Of a DNA stretch of 23,062 nucleotides, positions 1 to 8,810 are shown in pieces. The notes beneath the pieces are model-generated. The model ran no database searches and was not told the origin of the DNA. It saw only the letters and a list, made by a program, of their open reading frames with translations. The translations under genes and the position numbers were made by a program. Each line of letters opens with the position of its first letter. Positions within the stretch are counted from its first letter, which is position 1. The DNA is from an uncultured bacterium (lineage in GTDB: Bacteria; Vulcanimicrobiota; Vulcanimicrobiia; Vulcanimicrobiales; Vulcanimicrobiaceae): the NCBI GenBank assembly GCA_964602255.1, contig CAZRQS010000021.1:1-23062 (forward strand). Direction: 5' to 3'.

Positions 1-120
1 CTCTACGCCCGGAAACTCACAACTCCCGTAGGACCGGATACGGCCTTACGCGTCATAGCATGACATCATGGAAGCAGGTCATTTTCACTATGACGAAGTT
101 GCGGCGTTGCTTGATGTCTG

Positions 121-1017
121 TTGCAACTTGGCGTGCAAGAGCGGAACGGATGGTTTCGCGAGCCTTCAGGAAATCGTCGACCGAGCAGTACAGCGTTGAC
201 TCGCGCGGACTGCGCGCTAGTACTTAAGCCGCGCGATGGCGCATTTGTACATCTTGCTGGCTCGCTTGCCGTTTCGGATTCCCCGAGCACGCAGTTGCAG
301 CGGTTGGAGGGCTTTGCTAGCACGGTCTCTCGCTCCCACGACGTCGAACTGGGGTTGGACGGCTCGGCAATAGGTGCCTCGATAGTCGAACAGGATCGAT
401 GCGTCGCAGTGCTTCTCGCGTTCAGATCCTCAGGAAATGCATTTAGCGCAAGAGATTTGCAAGTTCTCACACTTTTATCCAAGGTCACCGGCGCGGCGCT
501 ACACAGGATTCGTGAGGGTGAGCGACACTACCGCGAGAGTCGCCTTGATCCTCTGACCCAGGTTTCGAACCGGCGCGCATTTGATGAGGTTGTTCGCGAA
601 GAGCTCGCTCGCTTTCAGACGGACCGCGATCCATTTTCGATCGCTCTTCTTGATCTCGATCGTTTTAAGGCAGTCAACGATACGCACGGTCACCTTGCCG
701 GCGACACGCTGTTGGCGCACATTGCAGCCATCATTGCAGGGCAGATGCGTGTGAGCGACGCGTGTTTTCGTATCGGGGGAGACGAATTTGCCGTCATTCT
801 TCCGCACACATCTGCGGCTGAGGCGTTGCACGCTCTGGTTCGTATAGCAAAAGCGGTTCACCGGAGTCACGAGGTTGCTACAAACGGCATCGGCCTATCA
901 TACGGGCTTGCCCAAGTTCAGCACAACGATGATGTGCACACCTTAATTTCTCGAGCGGATGCCGCTCTCTATCGCGAGAAACGCAAGCGTACGTGCGGAA
1001 AGCTTGGCGTAGCATAA
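121..1017 (+). CDS. GAF-like / GGDEF diguanylate cyclase (N-terminal start uncertain; ORF opens at TTG 121, in-frame stop at 112-114)
   Basis: Translation contains the canonical GGDEF domain with an intact active site (RIGGDEF) and an RxxD I-site (RVSD) five residues upstream. The preceding ~130 aa resemble the C-terminal two-thirds of a GAF sensory domain. No in-frame ATG occurs before the GGDEF domain, so an alternative start codon is implied. Confidence 0.8.
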   Translation: MQLGVQERNGWFREPSGNRRPSSTALTRADCALVLKPRDGAFVHLAGSLAVSDSPSTQLQRLEGFASTVSRSHDVELGLDGSAIGASIVEQDRCVAVLLAFRSSGNAFSARDLQVLTLLSKVTGAALHRIREGERHYRESRLDPLTQVSNRRAFDEVVREELARFQTDRDPFSIALLDLDRFKAVNDTHGHLAGDTLLAHIAAIIAGQMRVSDACFRIGGDEFAVILPHTSAAEALHALVRIAKAVHRSHEVATNGIGLSYGLAQVQHNDDVHTLISRADAALYREKRKRTCGKLGVA

Positions 1018-1155
1018 AGTGATCCCGCTTACAGCCCATACTCATTAATCCGCGCTACACTAGCATAGGGCATAGGTAGTGTCCAGCGGGGCGGCCTCTC
1101 CCAACCCGCGCGTCGTAGGCGCCGTTGCCATGCCCCTGACCCAACGCATTAGACT

Positions 1156-1830
1156 TTAAGAGGCGCCAATCGTTCCTAAGATATTGACTGCCGCTTCGCG
1201 CAAATCGGCAGCTACGATGTCGGGCGCCGGTACGTCGGGATCCAAAATCTGACCCTGGCGCGCGATGAACGCCGCCTTGCATCCCGCGCGCATTGCCCCT
1301 TCGATATCCCAAGCGTGTGCCGCAATCAGCCGTAGATCACCGGTGGTGCAGCGCATTTCCGTTGCAACCATCTGGTAGGGTTCCGGAGCGGGCTTATATC
1401 GCTTTACAGCGTCGGCGGAAAAAAGTCGCGTGAACAGTCGCCCCAGGCCTGACCTCTCGATCTGCGCTTGAACTGTTGTTAAGGGCGATTGGGTCAGTGC
1501 AGTGAGTACAAACCCCGCGTCGCGCAACATCGCGAGCGCATCAGCTACTTCCGGATGAGGCGGTAACGATTTAATGTGTTCCAAGACTTCGGTGATTTGT
1601 GCATCATTCAGCGCGCCTTGGCGTTTGGCTGCGACCATTTTCAGAGCGGAGCGGCCAAGTGCGGGAAAATCTCGATATGCGCCGGTCAATGTCGCGGTGA
1701 ACGCAAGCTGCAATATTAATTGGAACCACTCATAGCGCGCACGCGCATCGCGGAAAATGTCCTCGAAGTTTTTATCGAGGGCGCCGATGTCGAGAAGCGT
1801 CTCGTTGACGTCGAACACGAGTATATCCAT
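1156..1830 (-). CDS. HAD-superfamily hydrolase (haloacid dehalogenase-like)
   Basis: N-terminal motif I 'FDVNETLLD' (nucleophile Asp), a Rossmannoid HAD core, and a C-terminal 'AWDIEGAMRAGCKAAFIAR' motif III/IV region. An ATG start has GGAG about 6 nt upstream on the - strand. Confidence 0.8.
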   Translation of the reverse strand: MDILVFDVNETLLDIGALDKNFEDIFRDARARYEWFQLILQLAFTATLTGAYRDFPALGRSALKMVAAKRQGALNDAQITEVLEHIKSLPPHPEVADALAMLRDAGFVLTALTQSPLTTVQAQIERSGLGRLFTRLFSADAVKRYKPAPEPYQMVATEMRCTTGDLRLIAAHAWDIEGAMRAGCKAAFIARQGQILDPDVPAPDIVAADLREAAVNILGTIGAS

Positions 1831-1933
1831 AATGCTCCATTAATGAGGGCGCGCCGTCGAGTTCCGGCAACTCGAAGTTGGGGAACGCTTCGCCTATCTG
1901 CGGCCGCACCATCTTTACCCTCAATTGAGCGTT

Positions 1934-1984
1934 GCAGATGGAGGCAAGCTGCATTACTTTGTAGCTTCCCTCCATCTGCTTTTT
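1934..1984 (+). terminator. Strong hairpin (11-bp perfect stem gcagatggagg/cctccatctgc, extendable to ~17 bp) followed by a TTTTT run; intrinsic-terminator-like in the + orientation only
   Basis: Seen directly: 1934-1944 is the reverse complement of 1969-1979, and T5 lies at 1980-1984. It sits between two - strand genes (Met-rich protein stop 1994; HAD start 1830). No convincing + strand gene lies upstream. Confidence 0.4.
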
Positions 1985-1993
1985 GGGAACCCG

Positions 1994-2899
1994 TTACTTC
2001 AGATTGACATCAATGATCACGGGCGCAGCGCCTGCGGTCGGCATGTGATCGTTCTTGGCAAGCTGCACGATAATCTTCGCAGGCCCGGAATGCCATGAGG
2101 ACAGGTCCATCGGAAGCGTTTTTGCGCACGGCATGCTCACCATCGCCGGCATACCCATCGTCATCATCGAGTTGAGCTGATCCATGCTCATCCCGGTCTG
2201 CTTCATCATTCTTTGGCCCATCTTCATGCCTTGCGGCGTCTTCATCATCGCGACCAGCGGCGCACTTGGAGACGCCGTCGTTTCTCCCGCTTGCTGCACG
2301 AACACGTGCACGTGTCCCCAGCCGTCAACGTCTTTCTTGCCTTCGAGATCGCAGGAAAGATCGAAATTGTTCACCGCCAGGACAAGATTGAATTTTCTAT
2401 CCACGGAGGCGCCGCTGCGGGGCGAGAGAATGCGCACTGCCGGCTTGCCCGTCATTGCATTTGGCAGAGAGCTCGAACCGCTCGGCTCGTAGTTGAACGG
2501 GATGCTGGCGGGCATGCTGCTCATCACGTGCGCGTCAGTGGCAAGCACTACGGTAAGCATGTGTTTGCCGGGCGCCAATCCTTGGCCTGAGAACGAAAAG
2601 CTCTTAGAACAGCCCGGACCCACCACTAGGTGCTCCATGTCCATACCGTCCACCATGGCGTGAAGATGTCCCTCACCCATAGGCGCGTTCGTTTTGCCGA
2701 CGTTCGTGCACTCAAAATTGAAATTGTTTACCGCGACTTTTACGGGGATGCTGCTTCCATGAACCGTTGCGCCCGATGCAGGCGACGTAATGGTAATGGA
2801 GGGCGGTGCCATCATGGCGGCGATCGCCGGAGCGGACAGCAGAGCAGCGGCAGCCGCGATAGCGCTCACCGCGATTCCCCGCATTCGGAAATACTTCAT
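1994..2899 (-). CDS. Secreted tandem-domain protein with a Met-rich, His-containing C-terminal region; putative periplasmic Cu(I)/Ag(I)-binding protein
   Basis: A Sec-type signal peptide (MKYFRMRGIAVSAIAAAAALLSAPAIAA) starts at ATG 2899, with GGAG ~11 nt upstream. Two internally repeated ~100-aa domains are present (ITITSPASGATV...NNFNFEC...GEGHLHAMVDG and VRILSPRSGASV...NNFDLSC...DGWGHVHVFV). These are followed by a methionine-rich tail (MMKTPQGMKMGQRMMKQTGMSMDQLNSMMTMGMPAMVSMP) of the MxxM type seen in CopA/PcoA/CusF-like Cu(I) binders. Confidence 0.7.
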   Translation of the reverse strand: MKYFRMRGIAVSAIAAAAALLSAPAIAAMMAPPSITITSPASGATVHGSSIPVKVAVNNFNFECTNVGKTNAPMGEGHLHAMVDGMDMEHLVVGPGCSKSFSFSGQGLAPGKHMLTVVLATDAHVMSSMPASIPFNYEPSGSSSLPNAMTGKPAVRILSPRSGASVDRKFNLVLAVNNFDLSCDLEGKKDVDGWGHVHVFVQQAGETTASPSAPLVAMMKTPQGMKMGQRMMKQTGMSMDQLNSMMTMGMPAMVSMPCAKTLPMDLSSWHSGPAKIIVQLAKNDHMPTAGAAPVIIDVNLK

Positions 2900-2920
2900 G
2901 AAATTGGAACTCCAGACAAA

Positions 2921-2950
2921 GTAGTGCGTTCTTTTCGAACCGTTCACTAC
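2921..2950 (-). promoter_or_regulatory. Imperfect inverted repeat GTAGTG-N18-CACTAC with internal GTTC-N5-GAAC arms, 22-51 bp upstream of the Met-rich gene start; candidate operator
   Basis: Seen directly in the 135-bp intergenic region between the crp/fnr stop (3035) and the Met-rich gene start (2899). Confidence 0.25.
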
Positions 2951-3034
2951 CGTAACGCGCTATGCGGCAAGACGCTGTAATATGGCTCACAACCGCGTTC
3001 CTCACGCAGCGTGGCGCACTTTCCTGCGCGACAG

Positions 3035-3754
3035 TCAATTGCCGACTACGGCATGAAGGAGCCGGTCGAGCGGGCCCAATTGCAGGCGATCCGGTTTCCG
3101 TACAATGATATGGTGCTCTTCGTCAAGTTCGATGATGCCTGCATGCTGCAAGCGTCGCAGTTCTACGGTGCATGTTTCTCGAGACGCGCCAACGAGATGT
3201 GCGATCTCGTGGTGCGGCAGCCGCAAGTTGATGCGTACGGCGCCGCCCTCAACGACCTCACCATGTTGCTGCGCAAGGTACCGGAGCGCGCCGGCCACGC
3301 GCCCTCGAACGGTGCCGTACGCGAGCCATGCAATATGCGTCTCTGCTTCATCGCGTCTACGCGCTATTTCGCGCGCGATCATCATTGTAAGCTGCGGCTT
3401 ATTCGCCATCAAGCGCATGAATTCGTCGACGGAGGCCTTACACAAATGGGTGTTATCCATCGATTCCGCGAATGTGGTTCGTTGGCCGCGCTCGAAGAGG
3501 GCAAGCTCACCGAAAACGTCACCGGGGCCGAGGATTGCAATAGTGATTTCCTTACCGTCCTCAGTGAGCCGGTACAGACGCACATGACCAGTTTTTAATA
3601 CGTAGATAGCATCGCCGGCGTCGCCTTCCGCAAATACGATTTCCTTTGGTTTGCAATCAAACTCGTGAAAAAGGTGCGCGTATTTTTGAATTTCCTTGAG
3701 CGGGATGCCCTGGAATAGCCGGCTATGGCCGAGATACCAGACCTTGTTAGGCAT
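3035..3754 (-). CDS. Crp/Fnr-family transcriptional regulator
   Basis: An N-terminal cNMP-binding beta-roll (GDAGDAIYVLKTGHVRLYRL...GPGDVFGELALF) and a C-terminal HTH (SRETCTVELRRLQHAGII). Confidence 0.9.
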   Translation of the reverse strand: MPNKVWYLGHSRLFQGIPLKEIQKYAHLFHEFDCKPKEIVFAEGDAGDAIYVLKTGHVRLYRLTEDGKEITIAILGPGDVFGELALFERGQRTTFAESMDNTHLCKASVDEFMRLMANKPQLTMMIAREIARRRDEAETHIAWLAYGTVRGRVAGALRYLAQQHGEVVEGGAVRINLRLPHHEIAHLVGASRETCTVELRRLQHAGIIELDEEHHIIVRKPDRLQLGPLDRLLHAVVGN

Positions 3755-3836
3755 GGGTGTTAACCGCCGTTATCGGTGCCCGATTTTGTTCTGTAGTATA
3801 CCCGAGGCACGATTGCCTGCCTAGCTTCCAAGTCGA

Positions 3837-4562
3837 CTATGCGCTCGCTAGCCTTATTGGAACGAGGCTCCGCTCATCGAACGGCGTGGCGTACGAGAGG
3901 TTCAGGCGTTGGTACACCTTCGCGGGAATACCCAAGTCCGCTAAAAAGAGTGCGCCGGCGCGTGGCGACACCAGACCCGTCTTCGGTAATGCGAGCGTTA
4001 CCGTCTCATCCGCGTTGATAGTCTGTTCGCTCGCGTCCGTCGTCGCATCAATCCCTGATGGCACATCGAGGGCGATGATCGGGCGAGTCGAGGCGTTTGC
4101 CGCGTCGATCAGTTCAGCCGCAACGCCTCGCGGCGAACCCTGTAAGCCATAGCCGATGAGCGCGTCCACAACGAATGCGTAATCACTCCACTCGACACGC
4201 CGCGCGTCGACGAACTCGCCCGATGTAGATTGAAAGATTTGCAGTTGCCAGGCCGGCACTTCTCCAAGCCGATTCGGTTCGGACAAACAGAGCCGTGTGC
4301 GGACCCCGTGGTTCGATAGGTGTCGCGCGGCGCAAATGCCCCCGCCGCCGTTTCCGCCACGCCCCGCCAAAACCAGAACGATTGAGGTTGTTCGATTGCA
4401 CGCGAGGCGCGTGAGGACGCGTGACGCCAGGGCGCGTCCCGCATTCTCCATCATTTGATAGAGATTTGGTCCCAGCTCATGCATTGCGATCCGATCGATC
4501 TCGCGCATTTGCTCCGACGTCACGGCTGGAACACGCGTGCCCGTGTCGGTCAGAAAAAGCAC
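3837..4562 (-). CDS. nnrE: NAD(P)H-hydrate epimerase (YjeF N-terminal domain protein)
   Basis: The 'SEQMREIDRIAMHELG...MENAGRALA' and glycine-rich 'VLAGRGGNGGGG' motifs are typical of YjeF_N/Nnr epimerases. The start is a GTG at 4562, with GAGG 7 nt upstream on the - strand. An alternative ATG lies at 4508. Confidence 0.8.
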   Translation of the reverse strand: MLFLTDTGTRVPAVTSEQMREIDRIAMHELGPNLYQMMENAGRALASRVLTRLACNRTTSIVLVLAGRGGNGGGGICAARHLSNHGVRTRLCLSEPNRLGEVPAWQLQIFQSTSGEFVDARRVEWSDYAFVVDALIGYGLQGSPRGVAAELIDAANASTRPIIALDVPSGIDATTDASEQTINADETVTLALPKTGLVSPRAGALFLADLGIPAKVYQRLNLSYATPFDERSLVPIRLASA

Positions 4563-4746
4563 TCACGCCTCACTGCACGATGATACGAGAGATTGCGCCA
4601 CTGGGGTGTTAGAACGCTCACAGACCACCGGCGTTAGCGCAGGCTACGATGGCGCGGTGATTTCCACCGTAAAGCCACCTGAACGCCAGGCACACCTCGG
4701 TCAAACGAAGCTTCCGACGTACTGCTTGCCGGACACGGAACTCGGT

Positions 4747-7155
4747 ATGGGAGCGAGCTTCGGCAACAGCGGCATATGGGTCAATACCAAAAACACGGGT
4801 GCAATTGAGCGCGTCTTCTGTCTCGATCATGGAGAGAGCGCGATTGGCGCAATCATCACGCGTTACGCTATTAGCGGCATATCTCTTGCAGCGCACCATT
4901 TTGACGACCCTACGCTGGATTACATCAGTCTGCGACCCGATGGGCCGCTGCGGCAATTTGAGCTGCATCCAGCGTACCAGCGATGCACCTTCACGATCGC
5001 GAGTTCGGTCGACGTCAGTGAAACGACTTTCGTTCCACTGCAATCCGATATTGCGCTGAACGATTCTCCGGTAGCGTATCAAATCATCGAGCTGCATAAT
5101 CGCCATGACAAAGAGCGCAATATCCGCATGCTGGCATTTGCGCGTCTGCGAGGGTCGCTTGGCGAAGACGTCGCCGTGGAGTTTGTTCCGCGTTTGCACT
5201 CCCTCGCTGCCCACAATCGGGGCAACACGAAGACAGCGCGGTTTTTCGGTGCGGACCGGGCGCCCACTGCCTACGGTACGACGTTTGAGTTCGACATTGC
5301 CTACGATCCGACGCGGGCACCGACGCTAGGCGGCGATATCTCTGCGCAGGGGGACGTTCTGGGTGTTCTTCAGATCGACATCCGCTTACGCCCGGGTGAG
5401 TCGGAGCGTTTCACACTCATTGCGGGCGCGTATGCCGATGATCTCACGGTCGCAATTGATCGCCATCGCGAGGTTTGGGAGAGCGGGCGCGCACTTGAAG
5501 AAACGTGCCGGCATTTACAATCGGTACTCGCAAACGGACAACTACTTTCTCCGGATGCAGTGCTCAACGACGGCGCGCTGTGGAGCAAAGTCAACATGCG
5601 GCGCGTCATGGGACGCTACCCTCAAGGCGCCGCGTTCACTAATGATCCCGGTGTTGCATCGAATGTCGTCATTCGCGACACGGCCTGGTTCGTCTACGGT
5701 AACGACCATTTCATGCCGCAATTTTCTCGTGCCATTCTTGAAAAAATCGCCGAATTGCAATATCAGAGCGGTAAACTTCCGGAATACTTCAATGCCATAA
5801 GCGGATTCGTCGAAGATGATGGACTGAACATCAACGATGATACGCCACTCTTTATCCTCGCGGCGAACCATCATTACCGCTGCAGCGGCGATGAGGAATG
5901 GCTTAGAAAGCTGTATCCGTCGGTTTCGAAGGCGGCGCGATACATCATCTCGCAGGTGGACAGCCGTGGACTGGTGTTTTGCAATGCGCGCGATCCTCGG
6001 GGAAACGTTTGGGCAATTGCGAGCTGGCGCAACATTATTCCAGGATATAGCATCAACGGCGCGGTGACCGAAGTCAACGCCGAAAGTGTGGCAGCGCTGC
6101 GCGCAGCGGGACATTGGGCTGAAGACGTGGGCAACCACGATGACGCTCAATTGTTCTTTGCACAGTCAGCCTTACTGCGCGAAGCAATGGACAGGCATCT
6201 CATCAATCCGGATACAGGCCTGTATTATCTTAATATCGACGTCGATGGCAATAAGCATAGCGATGTTACCGGAGATCTGGTGTTTCCCGTCATGTTTAAC
6301 GCCTGCGATGAAGACACCGGATTTAGAATCGTCAGCCGTTTGAACTCGCCGGACTTCTATACACCTGCGGGCTTGCGCACCGCATCGCGAAACGATCCAC
6401 GATATGATCCTGCGGCATATGCCGGTCTCGTCGGCGGTGTGTGGCCGGGTCTAACGTGGTGGTACTCATTTGCCGCTGCGGCATATCATCCTGACGCGAT
6501 GGTTAAGTCGCTGCGCTCATCATTCGAGCACTATGCGGCAAATCCGCGCAAGAATAACACGGTGCCTGGACAGTTCAGCGAGTGGTTTGACGGTGAGGGC
6601 TTGACCAACAAAGGGATGCGCCTAAGCCCGTGGGAGCCTCCGCGGTTTCTCTGGGCCGCGGTCGAGGGTGTATGCGGCGTAACGCTGACTACCGGCAAAC
6701 CGCGCGTGAATCCGTTAATACCGAAGAAGTGGCGGTGGGTCGGACTGCGTAATCTGCCCTATCATGGCCGCTCTATGTCCTATTTCGTTACGCGCCAAGA
6801 AGATGTGCTGCATATCTACACCACACTTGACGTTGACACGAATTGTGTCAAAGAACTTTTTGATGAGGACGTCTCGCACCAGATCGCCGCATTTTCCGAG
6901 GTTGCACCATTAATGGTCCTTCGCCGCGGGTCGGAGCTGATGATATTCGTTGGAAACGTCGGTGCTCAAACCGCCAGCATTCCTTTGGATTTATGCGAGC
7001 TGATAGGCAAGCGGGGTGCCTATTCAATTCGGTTTTACAATAGCGAGCGCGACGCGTGGGAAGAACGCGGCTCGCGGAGCGGCTTTGATTTGCAGTCGCT
7101 GGCCGTTTCAGTGGAGGCGCAAGGCTTCCGGCTTATCCATCTGCGAGAACAGTGA
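4747..7155 (+). CDS. Six-hairpin (alpha/alpha)6-barrel glycoside hydrolase, amylo-alpha-1,6-glucosidase (GDE_C)/GH63-like; start uncertain (ORF open from 4537 but that overlaps the divergent nnrE start)
   Basis: Central region matches GDE_C/GH63-type signatures (DTPLFILAANHHYRCSGDEEWL, NVWAIASWRNIIPGYSINGAVTEVNAE, GLVGGVWPGLTWWYSFAAAAY). The first in-frame ATG clear of the divergent gene is 4747. An in-frame GTG at 4657 is an alternative. Confidence 0.7.
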   Translation: MGASFGNSGIWVNTKNTGAIERVFCLDHGESAIGAIITRYAISGISLAAHHFDDPTLDYISLRPDGPLRQFELHPAYQRCTFTIASSVDVSETTFVPLQSDIALNDSPVAYQIIELHNRHDKERNIRMLAFARLRGSLGEDVAVEFVPRLHSLAAHNRGNTKTARFFGADRAPTAYGTTFEFDIAYDPTRAPTLGGDISAQGDVLGVLQIDIRLRPGESERFTLIAGAYADDLTVAIDRHREVWESGRALEETCRHLQSVLANGQLLSPDAVLNDGALWSKVNMRRVMGRYPQGAAFTNDPGVASNVVIRDTAWFVYGNDHFMPQFSRAILEKIAELQYQSGKLPEYFNAISGFVEDDGLNINDDTPLFILAANHHYRCSGDEEWLRKLYPSVSKAARYIISQVDSRGLVFCNARDPRGNVWAIASWRNIIPGYSINGAVTEVNAESVAALRAAGHWAEDVGNHDDAQLFFAQSALLREAMDRHLINPDTGLYYLNIDVDGNKHSDVTGDLVFPVMFNACDEDTGFRIVSRLNSPDFYTPAGLRTASRNDPRYDPAAYAGLVGGVWPGLTWWYSFAAAAYHPDAMVKSLRSSFEHYAANPRKNNTVPGQFSEWFDGEGLTNKGMRLSPWEPPRFLWAAVEGVCGVTLTTGKPRVNPLIPKKWRWVGLRNLPYHGRSMSYFVTRQEDVLHIYTTLDVDTNCVKELFDEDVSHQIAAFSEVAPLMVLRRGSELMIFVGNVGAQTASIPLDLCELIGKRGAYSIRFYNSERDAWEERGSRSGFDLQSLAVSVEAQGFRLIHLREQ

Positions 7156-7165
7156 GGTACATGGT

Positions 7166-7933
7166 ATGCCGCTGCAGGGAAAGGCTGCGATTATCACCGG
7201 CGCCGCCACGGGGATCGGCAAAGCTATCGCAGAGTCTCTCGCAAGCGAGGGCGTAAGCATCGTCGCCGATTACGTAGGCAGTCCCGATGTCGTCGACGCG
7301 GTTTGCAAAAATATCCAATCAAAGGGCGGCAGGGCGATTTCCGTTGCAGCGGATATATCGAAGCCGGAGGACGTCCAGCATCTTGTCGATACGACGTGCG
7401 AGCGTTTCGGTGCCATTGATATTGTGGTGAACAATGCGGGGATCGAGCAGAAGCATCCGTTTCTTGAAACTCCGATCGAAGTGTACGACAAAGTCATGGC
7501 GGTGAATCTGCGCGGAACGTGGTTGTGCACGCAAATCGCCGCACGGCGCATGGTCGAGCAGAAGCGGGGCGGCAGAATCATCAACATCTCCTCGATTCAC
7601 GAGGAAATCACGATGCCGACCAATTCCCCATACTGCGCCACAAAAGCCGGCGCGCGCATGTTAATGCGTACCATCGCCATCGAACTGGCCCCACACGGGA
7701 TTACAGTAAACAACGTCGCCCCGGGCGCGATCGACACGCCGATGGACGAGGCGCTGAAAAAAGATCCCGCACAGTACGCTGCGCTGCTCGCCCAAATCCC
7801 CATGGCTCGAATGGGTACGCCGCAAGAAGTCGCGGCGGTTTGCGTGTTTCTGGCAAGTGATTCTGCCTCGTACGTGACCGGCGCGACATACTTTGTAGAC
7901 GGCGGTATGAGCAAACAAGCCGGCAGCCTGTGA
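7166..7933 (+). CDS. Short-chain dehydrogenase/reductase, glucose 1-dehydrogenase-like
   Basis: TGAATGIG cofactor motif, NNAG, and a catalytic S...YxxxK (SSIHEEITMPTNSPYCATKAG) resembling Bacillus glucose-1-DH. GAGG lies 9 nt upstream of ATG 7166. The start is 11 nt after the upstream stop. Confidence 0.9.
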   Translation: MPLQGKAAIITGAATGIGKAIAESLASEGVSIVADYVGSPDVVDAVCKNIQSKGGRAISVAADISKPEDVQHLVDTTCERFGAIDIVVNNAGIEQKHPFLETPIEVYDKVMAVNLRGTWLCTQIAARRMVEQKRGGRIINISSIHEEITMPTNSPYCATKAGARMLMRTIAIELAPHGITVNNVAPGAIDTPMDEALKKDPAQYAALLAQIPMARMGTPQEVAAVCVFLASDSASYVTGATYFVDGGMSKQAGSL

Positions 7934-7937
7934 TGTT

Positions 7938-8810
7938 ATGAACGAATATAGCTTTGGACTGAGCGAGTACACAACGTGGCCCTGGTCATTCGAGCAAGAC
8001 GTTAGACTGTGCGCGGAGCTGCGTATTCCGTACATCGAAGTCACAGAATTCAAACTGGATCGCGAAAACTATGGCGAACAGCTGAAACTGCTGGAGCGCA
8101 ACTCGCTGAAGGTCAGTTCAGTGCAGATGACCATCCATTCGCTATTCCGCGATAGCCTGATTGGGGAGCCGCCGGACCCGGAAGACCGTCTGCGGCTAAT
8201 GAAGGCATCAATCGAACGGCTCGCACCGCATCTTCCGGATGGCACGCCGTTCGTCGTCATCACCGGAATCGCTCCGGATGGAAATGCCGCAGCAGCGTAC
8301 GAACGAGCGCGGGAATCATTCGAAGATCTCGCGCAATTCGCGCGAAGCCGCCGCATGCGCGTCGCTTTTGAGCCGCTAAACCCCGTTTTAATGCACACCG
8401 ACACGTCGATATGGTCACTTCAAGAAGCAACACAGCTCGTGAGCGATGTCGGCGACGAAGATTTTGGGTTATGCGTGGACTTTTGGAACATTTGGCAGAG
8501 CGCCAACGCCGAACAGCTGATCGCCGAAGCCAGCGATCGAATCTTCGCCGTGCAAATCAGTGATTGGCGCCGGCCGCGGGCCAATGCGGACCGCCGTAAC
8601 ATTGGTGAAGGCGAAATTCCTCTTGCGCGCCTCATCGGCGCGGTTCGCAGGTCGGGCTTTACGGGGCCTTATGTATTGGAGATATTCTCCACGCAATCTC
8701 TTCCTGATTCCATTTGGCGTTCAAACTTTCGCGCGACCGTGCAACGGGGTATGCGTGTTTTCGACGAACTTTGGAAGCAGAGCACCGCGGCGATGAGCGC
8801 GCATGCTTGA
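7938..8810 (+). CDS. Sugar phosphate isomerase/epimerase, xylose-isomerase-like TIM barrel
   Basis: Typical AP-endonuclease-2/xylose-isomerase-like TIM-barrel pattern (RMRVAFEPLNP...FGLCVDFWNIW...FAVQISDW...YVLEIFS). Starts 5 nt after the SDR stop. Confidence 0.8.
   Translation: MNEYSFGLSEYTTWPWSFEQDVRLCAELRIPYIEVTEFKLDRENYGEQLKLLERNSLKVSSVQMTIHSLFRDSLIGEPPDPEDRLRLMKASIERLAPHLPDGTPFVVITGIAPDGNAAAAYERARESFEDLAQFARSRRMRVAFEPLNPVLMHTDTSIWSLQEATQLVSDVGDEDFGLCVDFWNIWQSANAEQLIAEASDRIFAVQISDWRRPRANADRRNIGEGEIPLARLIGAVRRSGFTGPYVLEIFSTQSLPDSIWRSNFRATVQRGMRVFDELWKQSTAAMSAHA

Noticed and set aside
541-575. tRNA T-arm-like motif GGTTTCGAACCGG
   Set aside because: It lies inside the GGDEF coding frame (LTQVSNRRAF), with no flanking acceptor or anticodon arms. 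Coincidental.
66-870. ORFs 66-488(-) and 499-870(-) antisense to the GGDEF gene, and similar shadow ORFs throughout (e.g. 2213-2590+, 5542-6150-, 7597-8053-, 17176-17643+)
   Set aside because: They sit opposite strongly supported domain-bearing genes and have low-complexity Arg/Ser/Ala-rich compositions typical of high-GC antisense frames. They show no recognisable motifs.
4537-4746. N-terminal 70 codons of the 872-aa glycosidase ORF
   Set aside because: This would overlap the divergently transcribed nnrE start (4562) and its GAGG SD. The first ATG beyond the overlap (4747) was used as start, but a GTG at 4657 remains possible.
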